A DNA stretch of 64,000 nt, taken from contig OY762960.1 in assembly GCA_963667095.1 (NCBI GenBank), positions 1,978,591 to 2,042,590 on the forward strand, read 5' to 3'. Positions within the stretch are counted from its first letter, which is position 1; each line of letters starts with the position of its first letter. This DNA is from Arcobacteraceae bacterium. Lineage in GTDB: Bacteria > Campylobacterota > Campylobacteria > Campylobacterales > Arcobacteraceae. The notes beneath the pieces were generated by a model, which saw only the letters and a program-made list of their open reading frames with translations, did no database searches and had not been told where the DNA came from. This document shows, in pieces, positions 30,376 through 40,745 of this stretch. The translations under genes and the position numbers were made by a program.

Positions 30376-30430
30376 ATCTACAATAAACTTTCAATTTTTA
30401 GTATTCTACTCTATTTTTTAAATTCCTTAT

Positions 30431-30467
30431 TTTTGTGACACTAGATGTGACATTTTTTTGATATACT
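30431..30467 (+). promoter_or_regulatory. promoter/operator module, copy A: direct repeat GTGACA-N6-GTGACA plus extended -10 TGaTATACT
   Basis: 34/35 nt identical to 31479-31513. It lies 27 nt upstream of the ATG at 30495. Confidence 0.6.
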
Positions 30468-30494
30468 CATATTTAAATTTTACAAGGATATAAA

Positions 30495-31202
30495 ATGAAA
30501 AAAATGCAAATGTCTATTCTAATACTTCTAGTTGTATTTATAAGTGGATGTACTGCTAATAAAGAGTTAACTACCGCACAGATTAATAAAATTAAAACTA
30601 TATCTGTACATAAACCAAAATTAGTTGAAAATATAGAATTTGAGGTATTAGGTAGTGCTAGAGATTCTAAAGTTCAAGATACTGTAGGTATGGCTGGAGG
30701 GGGTTTCATCCCATCATTAATTGGTGCTTTAATTGATAGTGGTATAGATTCTTATAATCAAGGTGAATTTGAAGATAAGCATGCGGGAAGTGTAGATAAA
30801 ATAAAAGGGTATCAGATTAAAAATATTGATGAAGAAATAGAGTCAAGAATTTTATCTGTTATAAAAAAAGATAGTTTTCTTAATGTAAAAATTGTTGATA
30901 AATCACCTGCTTTTTTTGATGCAAGGATATATTCAATGGGATTACAAAAGAGATATAAAGACCAAAATAATAAAGATTATTTAGCTGCAAAGATAACTTT
31001 AGTAGTTTCTTTAAAAGAAGAGGAAGATGAAAATCTATTATATAGTAAGTATTTGACAGTATATTCTGAAGGTGCTTTTAGTGTGACTGAATTATCAAAT
31101 GATAATTCTCTTGTAGACGAATTATTTACTCAAGCTTATGATAGTTTTGAAGATCAGTTTGCTGTATTTGTAAATGAAGCATTTAAAAATAAACAATTAT
31201 AG
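30495..31202 (+). CDS. lipoprotein of unknown function (235 aa)
   Basis: Signal peptide with lipobox VFISGC. AAGGA RBS. I recognise no catalytic motif. Confidence 0.7.
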   Translation: MKKMQMSILILLVVFISGCTANKELTTAQINKIKTISVHKPKLVENIEFEVLGSARDSKVQDTVGMAGGGFIPSLIGALIDSGIDSYNQGEFEDKHAGSVDKIKGYQIKNIDEEIESRILSVIKKDSFLNVKIVDKSPAFFDARIYSMGLQKRYKDQNNKDYLAAKITLVVSLKEEEDENLLYSKYLTVYSEGAFSVTELSNDNSLVDELFTQAYDSFEDQFAVFVNEAFKNKQL

Positions 31203-31478
31203 TTTATAATAAAATCTTTATAAATAAAAATGGACTAGGTTTTTAAGGTTGAGTTTTTAAAAGTAGTATCATTTGAGTATTAAAATTATTAATATTCAGA
31301 TGTATATTAAAAAGCCTCTAAACTATAAATTATTCTAAATAGATATAAAATCGACTTGTACATATTGTTTTAATTACAAGTTAAGATATGTTATGTATTT
31401 TAGAGTTTGATACATCATAGTACATTGTAGCTGATATTAATTTGCTGATTTAATTAACCAAAAATACAAATTTGTTAA

Positions 31479-31515
31479 TTTTGTGACACTAGATGTGACA
31501 TTTATTTGATATAAT
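31479..31515 (+). promoter_or_regulatory. promoter/operator module, copy B: GTGACA-N6-GTGACA plus extended -10 TGaTATAAT
   Basis: 34/35 nt identical to 30431-30465. It lies 22 nt upstream of the ATG at 31538. Confidence 0.6.
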
Positions 31516-31537
31516 TTAATTATATTAAAGGAACTTA

Positions 31538-31948
31538 ATGAAAAAAAACTTAAAATTACAAAAAGCCTTTTCTCTTATTGAACTTATTTTTGTTATTGCA
31601 GTTTTGGGGATTATTGCCACTGTCGCAGTACCTAAACTTCTTGATTCAAGAAGTAGTGCTATAGTAACAACAATTAAGCAAGATGTATCTACCATAACGA
31701 CAGCAATACAATCACATTATATGTTAAATGGTAAGATAGATAAAATAACAGATTCTGTAAACATAAATGAAAAGAATTGGATAATAACTGATACAAAAGT
31801 TGATTATAAAGTAGATGAGGAATTATGTGTGACAATAGAGATAAAAGATACAAATAGTTTAGACGTAACTATAAATAATAAAAGTAGTACATTGTGTCAA
31901 AAATTATATGACACAGGTATTCGAAATACAACTTATGATTTAATATAA
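31538..31948 (+). CDS. prepilin-type N-terminal cleavage/methylation domain protein (type II secretion/competence pseudopilin-like)
   Basis: The N-terminus is KAFSLIELIFVIAVLGIIATVAVPKL, the class III signal typical of pseudopilins. A Cys pair lies near the C-terminus. Confidence 0.8.
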   Translation: MKKNLKLQKAFSLIELIFVIAVLGIIATVAVPKLLDSRSSAIVTTIKQDVSTITTAIQSHYMLNGKIDKITDSVNINEKNWIITDTKVDYKVDEELCVTIEIKDTNSLDVTINNKSSTLCQKLYDTGIRNTTYDLI

Positions 31949-31949
31949 T

Positions 31950-32474
31950 ATGGATAAAGTAATATTTTTAGACCGAGATGGTGTTATAAATGTAGAAAAA
32001 AATTATCTTCATAAAATAGATGATTTTGAATTTATTGAGGGTGTGATTAGCGCTTTACAATATCTCCAAAAACTTGGCTTTAAACTAGTTATTATTACAA
32101 ACCAATCTGGTATTGGAAGAGGGTATTATACTTTTGAACAATATACTATTTTGACACACTGGCTTAAAAAAGAGTTGCAACAAAATGGTATAAATATTGT
32201 TGATATATTTTGTTGTCCTCATGCCCCAAATGAAGATTGTCAATGTAGAAAACCAAACATTGGTATGATAAAAGAAGTATCAAAAATTTTAGATATAGAC
32301 TATGAAAACTCTTGGCTTATTGGAGATAAAGATTCTGATATACAAACAGCAATCAATGCTCAAATAAAAAATACTATTCAAGTACGTTCAGGACATAATT
32401 TCGATGAACGCAGTTCAAAAGCAAATTATGTTATAGATTCTTTAAAAGATGTTGTAAATATTATAAAAGAGTAA
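31950..32474 (+). CDS. gmhB: D-glycero-beta-D-manno-heptose 1,7-bisphosphate 7-phosphatase
   Basis: HAD motif FLDRDGVIN, a Zn-binding Cys cluster CCPHAPNEDCQCRKP, and GDKDSD. Confidence 0.88.
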   Translation: MDKVIFLDRDGVINVEKNYLHKIDDFEFIEGVISALQYLQKLGFKLVIITNQSGIGRGYYTFEQYTILTHWLKKELQQNGINIVDIFCCPHAPNEDCQCRKPNIGMIKEVSKILDIDYENSWLIGDKDSDIQTAINAQIKNTIQVRSGHNFDERSSKANYVIDSLKDVVNIIKE

Positions 32475-32521
32475 ACTACTTTTAGGTAGAATCTTTTGCA
32501 AATAAATAATAATGGACAAAG

Positions 32522-33085
32522 ATGTTAGAAACAATACAAAACGAGTTTGAATCCCATCTAGAAATTATACAGAAAGTTACAAATAATTTAGAACCAATTT
32601 TAAAAGATGCGTCTACACTCATTGTTGAAGTATTAAAAAATGGAAATAAGATTTTAATCTGTGGAAATGGTGGAAGTGCAGCAGATGCACAACATTTTGC
32701 AGCAGAACTAACTGGACGGTACAAGACTGAGAGAAAAGGACTTCCTGGAATTGCCCTTACTACAGATACAAGTGCTTTAACTGCTATTGGTAATGATTAT
32801 GGATATGATAGAGTTTTTGATAGACAAACAGAAGCTTTGGCCAATAAAGGTGATTTACTTATAGGTATCAGTACAAGTGGAAATAGTAAAAATGTTATTA
32901 GTGCATTAAATTTAGCCAAAGAGATAGGGTGTAGTACTATAGGACTTACTGGTAGAGATGGTGGTGCCATGAATGAAATTTGTGATATTAATCTTGTTGT
33001 ACCGAGTGATAATACACCAAGAATTCAAGAGATGCATATATTATTTATACATACAATGTGTCAAATAGTTGATGATAATTTTTAG
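32522..33085 (+). CDS. gmhA: phosphoheptose isomerase (SIS domain)
   Basis: [17 protein letters not shown] and GISTSGNS motifs. Confidence 0.9.
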   Translation: MLETIQNEFESHLEIIQKVTNNLEPILKDASTLIVEVLKNGNKILICGNGGSAADAQHFAAELTGRYKTERKGLPGIALTTDTSALTAIGNDYGYDRVFDRQTEALANKGDLLIGISTSGNSKNVISALNLAKEIGCSTIGLTGRDGGAMNEICDINLVVPSDNTPRIQEMHILFIHTMCQIVDDNF

Positions 33086-33093
33086 GAGTATAA

Positions 33094-33642
33094 ATGGAAA
33101 TATTAACAGAAAAACAAAAACAAATATTATTAGACAGTATTAGAGATATACCTGACTTTCCAAAACCAGGTATAATGTTTAAAGATATTACAACTTTATT
33201 AAACAATAAAGATGCCTATAAACTTCTTATGGATCATCTTGAAGCTAAATATAGTAAAATGAATTTAGATTATATTGTAGGGCTTGATGCTAGAGGATTT
33301 ATCTTTGGTGCAGCATTAGCAGATAGACTTGGGTTAGGTTTTGTTCCTATTAGAAAAAAAGGAAAACTGCCTAGTACAACTATTTGTGAAAAGTATGAGT
33401 TAGAGTATGGGTTTGATGAAGTAGAGATACATCTTGATGCTTTTGATGATAAAAAAGATGCAAGAGTTTTAATTATAGATGATTTATGTGCCACTGGTGG
33501 AACAGCATCTGCAGCTGCAAAGCTCGTACTTGATACAAAAGCAAATTTAGTTGAGACTTGTTTTTTAATGAATCTTGCCTTTTTAAAAGGTGATGAAAAA
33601 GTTAAAAAGTTTTCACCTGTATACAGTGTACTAGATATTTAA
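33094..33642 (+). CDS. apt: adenine phosphoribosyltransferase
   Basis: FKDITTLL and the PRPP-binding loop [13 protein letters not shown]. Confidence 0.92.
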   Translation: MEILTEKQKQILLDSIRDIPDFPKPGIMFKDITTLLNNKDAYKLLMDHLEAKYSKMNLDYIVGLDARGFIFGAALADRLGLGFVPIRKKGKLPSTTICEKYELEYGFDEVEIHLDAFDDKKDARVLIIDDLCATGGTASAAAKLVLDTKANLVETCFLMNLAFLKGDEKVKKFSPVYSVLDI

Positions 33643-33651
33643 AGGAGAATT

Positions 33652-34860
33652 ATGAATAACTATATCCCAAAACCATCAAAACATGATCCAGATTCAAATG
33701 GTCATTTTGGAATATTTGGTGGTCGATATGTTCCAGAAACATTGATGCCAATTTTACTTGATTTAGAAGAAAACTATAAAAAATATAGATTTGATAAAGA
33801 GTTTTGGGGCGAGATTAATTATCTTTTAAAAGAATATGTTGGAAGACCAAATCCTTTATATTATGCAAAAAATATAAGTGATGAGATTGGTGCTAAAGTA
33901 TATTTAAAAAGAGAAGATTTAAATCACACAGGGGCACATAAAGTAAATAATGTAATAGCGCAAGGATTACTAGCTAAAAAACTTGGTAAAACAAAAGTTA
34001 TAGCTGAAACTGGTGCTGGACAACATGGAGTTGCGACTGCAACTATTGCTGCACTGATGGGATTAGAGTGTACTATATTTATGGGTGCAAAAGATGTTGC
34101 TCGACAAGAATTAAATGTATTTAGAATGAAATTATTAGGTGCAAAAGTTATCTCAGTTGAATCAGGAAGCAAAACACTTAAAGATGCTATGAATGATGCA
34201 ATTAGATATTGGGTTACAAATGCACGAGATACATTTTATATTATAGGTACAGTTGCAGGTCCTCATCCATATCCTATGATGGTAAGAGATTTTCAAGCTA
34301 TTATTGGTTGGGAAACACGACAACAAATTTTAGAAAAAGAGGGTAGACTTCCTGATACTGTTATAGCATGTATAGGAGGTGGTTCAAATGCCATTGGTAT
34401 GTTTAGTCATTTTATAGATGATGAGAGTGTAACTTGTGTTGGTGTTGAAGCTGGTGGACTAGGAATAGAAACAGATAAACATGGATGTAGCTTAAAAAAA
34501 GGAAGTCCTGGTATTTTACATGGGCAATGTTCATATTTATTACAAGATGAAGATGGTCAAGTTTTAGAAGCTCATAGTATAAGTGCTGGACTTGATTACC
34601 CTGGAATTGGACCAGAACATTCTTATCACAATGATTTAGGAACAGTTCAGTATGATAATATAACCGATCAAGAAGCTATGGATGCTTTTGTATGGTTAAG
34701 TCAAAAAGAAGGAATTATACCAGCCTTTGAATCTAGTCATGCTATTGCTTACCTAAAAAAAGCAAAAGAACAATTACAAGGAAAGTTAGTTGTGGTGAAT
34801 CTTTCAGGTAGAGGTGATAAAGATATGATGCAAGCTCAGAGTTTATTGAAATTCGATTAA
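33652..34860 (+). CDS. trpB: tryptophan synthase beta chain
   Basis: PLP-lysine motif [11 protein letters not shown] and GGGSNAIG. ~400 aa. Confidence 0.95.
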   Translation: MNNYIPKPSKHDPDSNGHFGIFGGRYVPETLMPILLDLEENYKKYRFDKEFWGEINYLLKEYVGRPNPLYYAKNISDEIGAKVYLKREDLNHTGAHKVNNVIAQGLLAKKLGKTKVIAETGAGQHGVATATIAALMGLECTIFMGAKDVARQELNVFRMKLLGAKVISVESGSKTLKDAMNDAIRYWVTNARDTFYIIGTVAGPHPYPMMVRDFQAIIGWETRQQILEKEGRLPDTVIACIGGGSNAIGMFSHFIDDESVTCVGVEAGGLGIETDKHGCSLKKGSPGILHGQCSYLLQDEDGQVLEAHSISAGLDYPGIGPEHSYHNDLGTVQYDNITDQEAMDAFVWLSQKEGIIPAFESSHAIAYLKKAKEQLQGKLVVVNLSGRGDKDMMQAQSLLKFD

Positions 34861-34867
34861 AGATATA

Positions 34868-35542
34868 TTGATGAACTTTTTTAAAAATAACTCAGGGAAG
34901 ATAGCCTCAGTAATAGTCATTTTATTTTTTTCATACCTTGGATATAATCTTTACAATGCACCAGTAGAGGGAATAAATGAAAAGTTTCTTTATTTGATGA
35001 AAGAATATGGATATATCATTCTTTTTGCATGGAGTATTTTAGAAGGGGAAATGGGACTTATTATGGGTGGGCTTTTATGCCACACTGGTGATATGTTTCT
35101 TCCTATAGCCATATTTGTAGCTGGACTAGGTGGTTTTGTGGGTGATCAGATATATTTTTATATTGGAAGATATAATAAATCTTATGTACACAGAAAATTT
35201 AAAGGACAAAGAAGAAAATTTGCTTTAGCTCATTTATTACTTAAAAAATACGGATGGCCAATTATATTTGTACAGCGTTATATGTATGGGATGAGAACAA
35301 TTATCCCTATATCTATAGGTCTTACAAGATATGATGCGAAATTATTTGCAATAATTAATCTTTTAAGTGCATGGTGTTGGGCTGCTATGACTATCGTACC
35401 CGTTTGGTATTTTGGTGAAGAAATACTTAAAATTCTTGAAGTTGCAAAAGAATATTGGTATGTTGCATTGCCTTTTGGATTAGTAATAGGTGGAAGTATT
35501 TTATACTATTTTCATACTGCTACAAAAAAAATTAAATATTAG
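34868..35542 (+). CDS. DedA family inner membrane protein
   Basis: The polytopic protein has a DedA-like GDQIYFYIGR motif. Confidence 0.7.
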   Translation: MMNFFKNNSGKIASVIVILFFSYLGYNLYNAPVEGINEKFLYLMKEYGYIILFAWSILEGEMGLIMGGLLCHTGDMFLPIAIFVAGLGGFVGDQIYFYIGRYNKSYVHRKFKGQRRKFALAHLLLKKYGWPIIFVQRYMYGMRTIIPISIGLTRYDAKLFAIINLLSAWCWAAMTIVPVWYFGEEILKILEVAKEYWYVALPFGLVIGGSILYYFHTATKKIKY

Positions 35543-35551
35543 GAAATAATT

Positions 35552-36946
35552 ATGAATTTAAATTTAACTACGAAAAATATTGGGACAGATATTGAAATTA
35601 TTTTAGTAAAAAATAAAAAAATAAAGGAAGATAAAGAAATTTTAAAACAACTTGATTTTAAAGGTGAAGAGGAAGAAGTTGTTTTATTAGCAGAGTCAAA
35701 AAAACTTTATGTAGGATTACCTCAAAATGATAATGAAAGTATTAAGATAGCAACAGCAGCAGCTATAAAAAAACTACAATCAACAAATTATAAGTCAGCA
35801 TCTATAAAGTGTAAAGAGAACTTAGCTGCTTATATTGAAGGTTTAGAGTTAGGAAGTTATAGTTTTGAAAAATATAAATCGAAGAAAAATGAAAAAGAAG
35901 ATATCAATGTTTATATCGAAGTTGAAAATATAGATAAAGATATTCAAAATGAATTTGAAAAGTATGTATCACTATCTACTTCTATAAATATGACAAGAGA
36001 CTTTATCAACACAGCACCAGATGATTTTTACCCCTCAGTTATGGCACAAGAAGCTATTAAAATAGCAACAAAAAATGAGTTAGAGTGTAAAATTTTAGAT
36101 GAAGATTATTTAGAAGAAGAGAAAATGGAAGCAATGCTTGCAGTTGGGAGAGCTAGTCGACATAAATCAAAACTTATTCATCTTACATACAAACCAACGA
36201 AGAAAGCAAAGAAAAAAGTTATATTAGTTGGAAAAGGACTCACTTATGATAGTGGTGGTTTGAGTTTAAAACCAGGTGATTATATGGTAAGTATGAAAAG
36301 TGATAAAAGTGGTGGATGTGCTGTTTTAGGTATTATGAATACGATAGCATCACTTGATTTACCAATTGAAGTACATGGAATTATTGGTGCTGTTGAGAAT
36401 ATGATTGGTGGAGATGCTTATAAGCCTGATGACATACTAAAAGCAAAAAATGGTACTACAATAGAAGTTAAAAATACAGATGCAGAGGGAAGACTTGTGC
36501 TGGCAGATTGTTTGTGTTATGCACAAGATGAGATAAATGATGTGGATTATATACTTGATTTTGCTACACTTACAGGAGCTTGTGTTGTTGGAGTTGGAGA
36601 ATACACAAGTGGAATTATGGGTAACAATGATGACCTAAATAATAAAATTGTAAAATATGCATTAAAATCAGGAGAACTGGCTACTAAATTAGATTTTAAT
36701 AGATATTTGAAAAAAACATTAAAAAGTAATGTTGCAGATGTATCTAATATCTCAAATACAAGATATGGTGGAGCTATAACAGCAGGTATGTTTTTAGATA
36801 ATTTTATCAAAGAAGAAAATAAACAAAAATGGGTACATATAGATATTGCAGGACCTGCTTTTGTAGATAACGCATGGGGATATAATCCTGCTGGTGCTAG
36901 CGGTGCTGGTATTAGAATGGCTGTAGAGTTTTTATCAAAGATATAA
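35552..36946 (+). CDS. pepA: leucyl aminopeptidase (M17)
   Basis: VGKGLTYDSGGLSLKP and NTDAEGRLVLAD motifs. Confidence 0.92.
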   Translation: MNLNLTTKNIGTDIEIILVKNKKIKEDKEILKQLDFKGEEEEVVLLAESKKLYVGLPQNDNESIKIATAAAIKKLQSTNYKSASIKCKENLAAYIEGLELGSYSFEKYKSKKNEKEDINVYIEVENIDKDIQNEFEKYVSLSTSINMTRDFINTAPDDFYPSVMAQEAIKIATKNELECKILDEDYLEEEKMEAMLAVGRASRHKSKLIHLTYKPTKKAKKKVILVGKGLTYDSGGLSLKPGDYMVSMKSDKSGGCAVLGIMNTIASLDLPIEVHGIIGAVENMIGGDAYKPDDILKAKNGTTIEVKNTDAEGRLVLADCLCYAQDEINDVDYILDFATLTGACVVGVGEYTSGIMGNNDDLNNKIVKYALKSGELATKLDFNRYLKKTLKSNVADVSNISNTRYGGAITAGMFLDNFIKEENKQKWVHIDIAGPAFVDNAWGYNPAGASGAGIRMAVEFLSKI

Positions 36947-36958
36947 CAAAGATATACA

Positions 36959-37429
36959 ATGGAAGAACATAATATCAAAGATAATGCACACTTAGATTTA
37001 GAAAACTTATCAAATCGTCGTGCTGAAGTATATTTAACAGAACAATTTCAAAAGTTACTAGAAGAAGCTAGAGAAGTTGTTCAAGAAATTGAGCCTGATG
37101 ATTTATATACTGTTAATGATACAATACTTTTACTTGATGTAAGAGAACCAGAAGAATTCGGAAGTGGTTATATAAATGCACACAATCATCTTACAATTCC
37201 TCGTGGAAAATTAGAATTTGTAGCTATTAAAAAAATTTATGAAAACTATGGCAAAGATGTGGATATCGTGACTTATTGTTTTAAAGGACCTCGAGGTTTA
37301 CTTGCAGCATACCAGCTCAAAAAAATGGGTTTCACAAATGTAAGAAATCTAAATGGTGGTATCTTAAATTGGCTTAGTTGTGGGAATACAATTAAAAGTT
37401 ATTTGGGAGAATTGACAGTGGCAAAGTAG
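36959..37429 (+). CDS. rhodanese-domain sulfurtransferase
   Basis: The fold is rhodanese-like (LLDVREPEEF). The active-site loop is YCFKGPRG. Confidence 0.75.
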   Translation: MEEHNIKDNAHLDLENLSNRRAEVYLTEQFQKLLEEAREVVQEIEPDDLYTVNDTILLLDVREPEEFGSGYINAHNHLTIPRGKLEFVAIKKIYENYGKDVDIVTYCFKGPRGLLAAYQLKKMGFTNVRNLNGGILNWLSCGNTIKSYLGELTVAK

Positions 37430-37449
37430 GTTTTAAAAAACCTATTTTG
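37427..37449. terminator. weak AT-rich bidirectional hairpin between convergent genes
   Basis: TAGGTTTT..AAAACCTA followed by TTTT. The loop is very short and the stem is low in GC. Confidence 0.3.
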
Positions 37450-37451
37450 TC

Positions 37452-38732
37452 TTAATCTTTATTCTCAATGTCATGGTTGAGATATGCAATATCTCGTAAG
37501 TGTTTTTTATACTTTTCAATATCAAATTCTTTTAAATCACTTACTTTATCATTAATAGCAGCTTGTGCTACAGCAGAAGCAACCCAAATTAGAACTTCTT
37601 TATTAAATGGTTTTGGTATGATATGCTCTTTCCCATATTCTAATGTTTGATCATTATAAGCAGCTTTTACATAGTAAGGGATTGGTTGTTTTGCAAGTTC
37701 TGCTAGTGCAACAGCGGCAGCCATTTTCATACCTTCAGTTATCTTTTTAGCTTGTACATCTAGTGCTCCTCTAAAGATAAAAGGAAATCCTAAAACATTA
37801 TTTACTTGATTTGGATAGTCACTTCTTCCTGTTCCTATAATAGCATCATCTCTTACTTCTACAATCTCTTCTGGAAGTATTTCAGGAGTAGGGTTTGCAA
37901 GTACTAAAATAATAGGATTTGAAGACATAGAAGCCACCATCTCTTTAGAAACAGTTCCAGCTACACTCAAACCTAAAAGCATATCAGCACCAACCATAGC
38001 TTGTGTCAGTGTTTCATCTTCTGTTTGAGTAATAAACTCTTTTTTGTATTCATTTAAATCATCTCTTTTATGATTTATTACACCACTACTATCACACATT
38101 AGAATATTTTTAGCACCTAATGCTTTGTACATTTTAGCACAAGTCATAGCAGCAGCACCAGCTCCACTTATAACTATTTTCATATCTTCTATTTTTTTAT
38201 TTACAAGTTCACTTGCATTGATAAGCGCAGCTGTTGTGATGATAGCAGTACCATGTTGATCATCATGCATTACAGGAATATTAACTCTTTTTTGTAACTC
38301 TTGTTCTATGAAAAAACATTTTGGAGCTTTAATATCTTCAAGATTTATTCCACCAAAACTTGGAGCAAGAGCTACACAGATATCTACTATTTTTTGAGGG
38401 TCTTTTTCATCAAGTTCAATATCAACTCCATCAACACCTGCAAACTTTTTAAAAAGTACAACTTTTCCTTCCATTACAGGTTTTGCTCCAAGGGGGCCGA
38501 TGTCTCCTAGTCCTAATACAGCAGTTCCATCACTAATAACAGCAACAGTATTTCCTTTTGCAGTATATTTATAGGCTAGACTAGGGTCTTTTTCTATCTC
38601 TTTACATGGTATAGCAACACCTGGAGTATATGCCATAGATAAATCTTTTTGTGTATCACATTCTTTTGTGATATCTGTTCCTATTTTACCACCTAAATGG
38701 TATTCTAATATCTCTTCGTTTGTTAATGTCAT
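37452..38732 (-). CDS. NAD(P)-dependent malic enzyme (short form)
   Basis: Malic enzyme motifs [22 protein letters not shown] and [11 protein letters not shown]-binding GAGAAA. Confidence 0.92.
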   Translation of the reverse strand: MTLTNEEILEYHLGGKIGTDITKECDTQKDLSMAYTPGVAIPCKEIEKDPSLAYKYTAKGNTVAVISDGTAVLGLGDIGPLGAKPVMEGKVVLFKKFAGVDGVDIELDEKDPQKIVDICVALAPSFGGINLEDIKAPKCFFIEQELQKRVNIPVMHDDQHGTAIITTAALINASELVNKKIEDMKIVISGAGAAAMTCAKMYKALGAKNILMCDSSGVINHKRDDLNEYKKEFITQTEDETLTQAMVGADMLLGLSVAGTVSKEMVASMSSNPIILVLANPTPEILPEEIVEVRDDAIIGTGRSDYPNQVNNVLGFPFIFRGALDVQAKKITEGMKMAAAVALAELAKQPIPYYVKAAYNDQTLEYGKEHIIPKPFNKEVLIWVASAVAQAAINDKVSDLKEFDIEKYKKHLRDIAYLNHDIENKD

Positions 38733-38790
38733 AAATAAGTCCTGAATTTTTTAAAATTATAACGAAAAGATAATAAATTTATATATTTTA

Positions 38791-39381
38791 TCAATCCTCT
38801 TGTGTTTGTTCTGTACTACCTTTAAGTTCTGCAATTTTTGCATCAATTAATTCAAGAGTTTTTGCTTGTGTATCATATGATATCTGTGGTAATTTTCCAC
38901 CCCACATCTGTTCTGCTTCTTCAAATCCTTTCACAATACCTTCTCGCCCTTTTTCGAGTTTTTCTAAATCATCTCCTGAAAAACTAAGAACAAAATTTGC
39001 AACTCTTTGAGATGTTTGAGAAACACCAAAGAATCCATCTTCACTTACTAAAGCTGTTGCTTCATCGCTTGAAAGTTCACTGATGGGTTTCCCCTCATAT
39101 CCAGTATTGGCAAGATTAAAATCTTTATTATCACTGTTGCCAGAGAGAAAATTTAAGATACTCTTTTGGGCATCGGTATTATTTTTTATTTGATCTGCTG
39201 CATTCATCGAAAATAATATGATTTGCGCATTCATAGATAAAGATACTTCAATCGCAGATTTTTCAATCTGTTCCTCTACTGAAAGCTCTTTTTCTTTACC
39301 ATTGTTTGAGTTTTGTTTTAGTGTAGCATTTTCTAATGCTTTTTCATTAGCTTGTGCATAACCATTTGAGTTTACTTGCAT
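38791..39381 (-). CDS. hypothetical protein (196 aa)
   Basis: ORF with AAGGAG RBS. Hydrophilic, with no motif I recognise. Confidence 0.55.
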   Translation of the reverse strand: MQVNSNGYAQANEKALENATLKQNSNNGKEKELSVEEQIEKSAIEVSLSMNAQIILFSMNAADQIKNNTDAQKSILNFLSGNSDNKDFNLANTGYEGKPISELSSDEATALVSEDGFFGVSQTSQRVANFVLSFSGDDLEKLEKGREGIVKGFEEAEQMWGGKLPQISYDTQAKTLELIDAKIAELKGSTEQTQED

Positions 39382-39553
39382 ACTATACTCCTTTTTATAA
39401 ATTGTATAGTAATTATAGAACGATTAAAATTAAACTAATATTAAGAAAAGTTATTATATTTGATTAGTTCTTTGTCTCTGTATAAGTATTTACAGTACAT
39501 TGATCTTGTAGTGAAAAGGTAAACATAAACAGTTTCACCTTTTCTTTACACTT

Positions 39554-40654
39554 TTAGACATTAAATCGGAAATGCATTATATCGCCATCTTGAACAACAT
39601 AATCTTTACCCTCTAGTCGAAGTTTTCCAGCTTCTTTACATTTAGCTTCTCCACCTAAACTTACAAAGTCTTCATAAGAGATAACTTCTGCTTTGATGAA
39701 ACCTTTTTCAAAGTCATTGTGTATTACAGCTGCTGCTTGTGGAGCTTTTGTATTTTTTCTAATAGTCCAAGCTCTTACCTCTACTTTACCTGCTGTGAAG
39801 TAAGATTGAAGTCCTAGTTTATCAAAAGCTGTATGGATGATTTTTTCTAGTCCTGATTCTTCAACTCCAAGATCATTTAACATCTCTTTTGCCTCATCAT
39901 CTTCCATACCTACAAGTTCTTCTTCTATTTTTGCACAAAGCATAATTAAATCAGCGTTTACACTTGAAGCGTGTTCTCTTAGAACATCAACAAATTTATT
40001 TCCATCAACTAAGCTATCTTCATCTACATTTGCACCATAAATAACATCTTTGTTTGATAAAAATCTTAGCTCTTTATCTAAAGCTATGAAATCTTCATTT
40101 TCTAAATCATCAAATGTTTTTACAGGTTGAAGGTTGTCAAGATGTTCAGCAACTTTTGTAGCAACTTCTAACATGGCAGCTGCTTTTTTGTCTGATTTTG
40201 CTTGTTTTTTTAATCTATCTGTTTTTTTCTCTAATTGTGAGATATCTGCATAGATAAGTTCTGTTTCAATAATCTCAATATCTCGTAATGGATTTACATC
40301 ACCCTCAACATGAGTAATATTTCCATCTTCAAAACATCTTACCATATGTAAGATAACTTCAACTTCTCTAATATTTGATAAAAACTGATTTCCAAGACCT
40401 TCACCCTTTGAAGCACCTCTTACAAGACCTGCAATATCTACAAAGTCAATTGTTGAGTGTTGAATTTTATCAGGGATAACTATTTTAGCTAACTCATCAA
40501 GTCTTTTATCTGGAACTGGTACTATTGCTTTGTTTGGTTCAATAGTACAAAACGGATAGTTTTGTGCCTCCGCATTTTGTGCTTTAGTTAAAGCATTAAA
40601 AGTTGTACTTTTACCAACATTTGGAAGTCCTACTATACCTACACCTAATCCCAT
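39554..40654 (-). CDS. ychF: redox-regulated ATPase YchF
   Basis: GIVGLPNVGKSTTFNALT, DIAGLV and the C-terminal TGS-like segment DGDIMHFRFNV. Confidence 0.95.
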   Translation of the reverse strand: MGLGVGIVGLPNVGKSTTFNALTKAQNAEAQNYPFCTIEPNKAIVPVPDKRLDELAKIVIPDKIQHSTIDFVDIAGLVRGASKGEGLGNQFLSNIREVEVILHMVRCFEDGNITHVEGDVNPLRDIEIIETELIYADISQLEKKTDRLKKQAKSDKKAAAMLEVATKVAEHLDNLQPVKTFDDLENEDFIALDKELRFLSNKDVIYGANVDEDSLVDGNKFVDVLREHASSVNADLIMLCAKIEEELVGMEDDEAKEMLNDLGVEESGLEKIIHTAFDKLGLQSYFTAGKVEVRAWTIRKNTKAPQAAAVIHNDFEKGFIKAEVISYEDFVSLGGEAKCKEAGKLRLEGKDYVVQDGDIMHFRFNV

Positions 40655-40745
40655 ATCAAACCTTTTATATTATAATTTATTTTCGCGATTATAGTGTAAT
40701 TTTGGTTAATAGATTATTATAGTTGGATTGTTTGTACAATTAGGA

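Noticed and set aside
39507-39541. Hairpin GAAAAGGT-N16-ACCTTTTC downstream of ychF as a terminator
   Set aside because: It has only an 8-bp AT-rich stem with a 16-nt loop and no clean T-run on the minus strand. The evidence is too weak to call.
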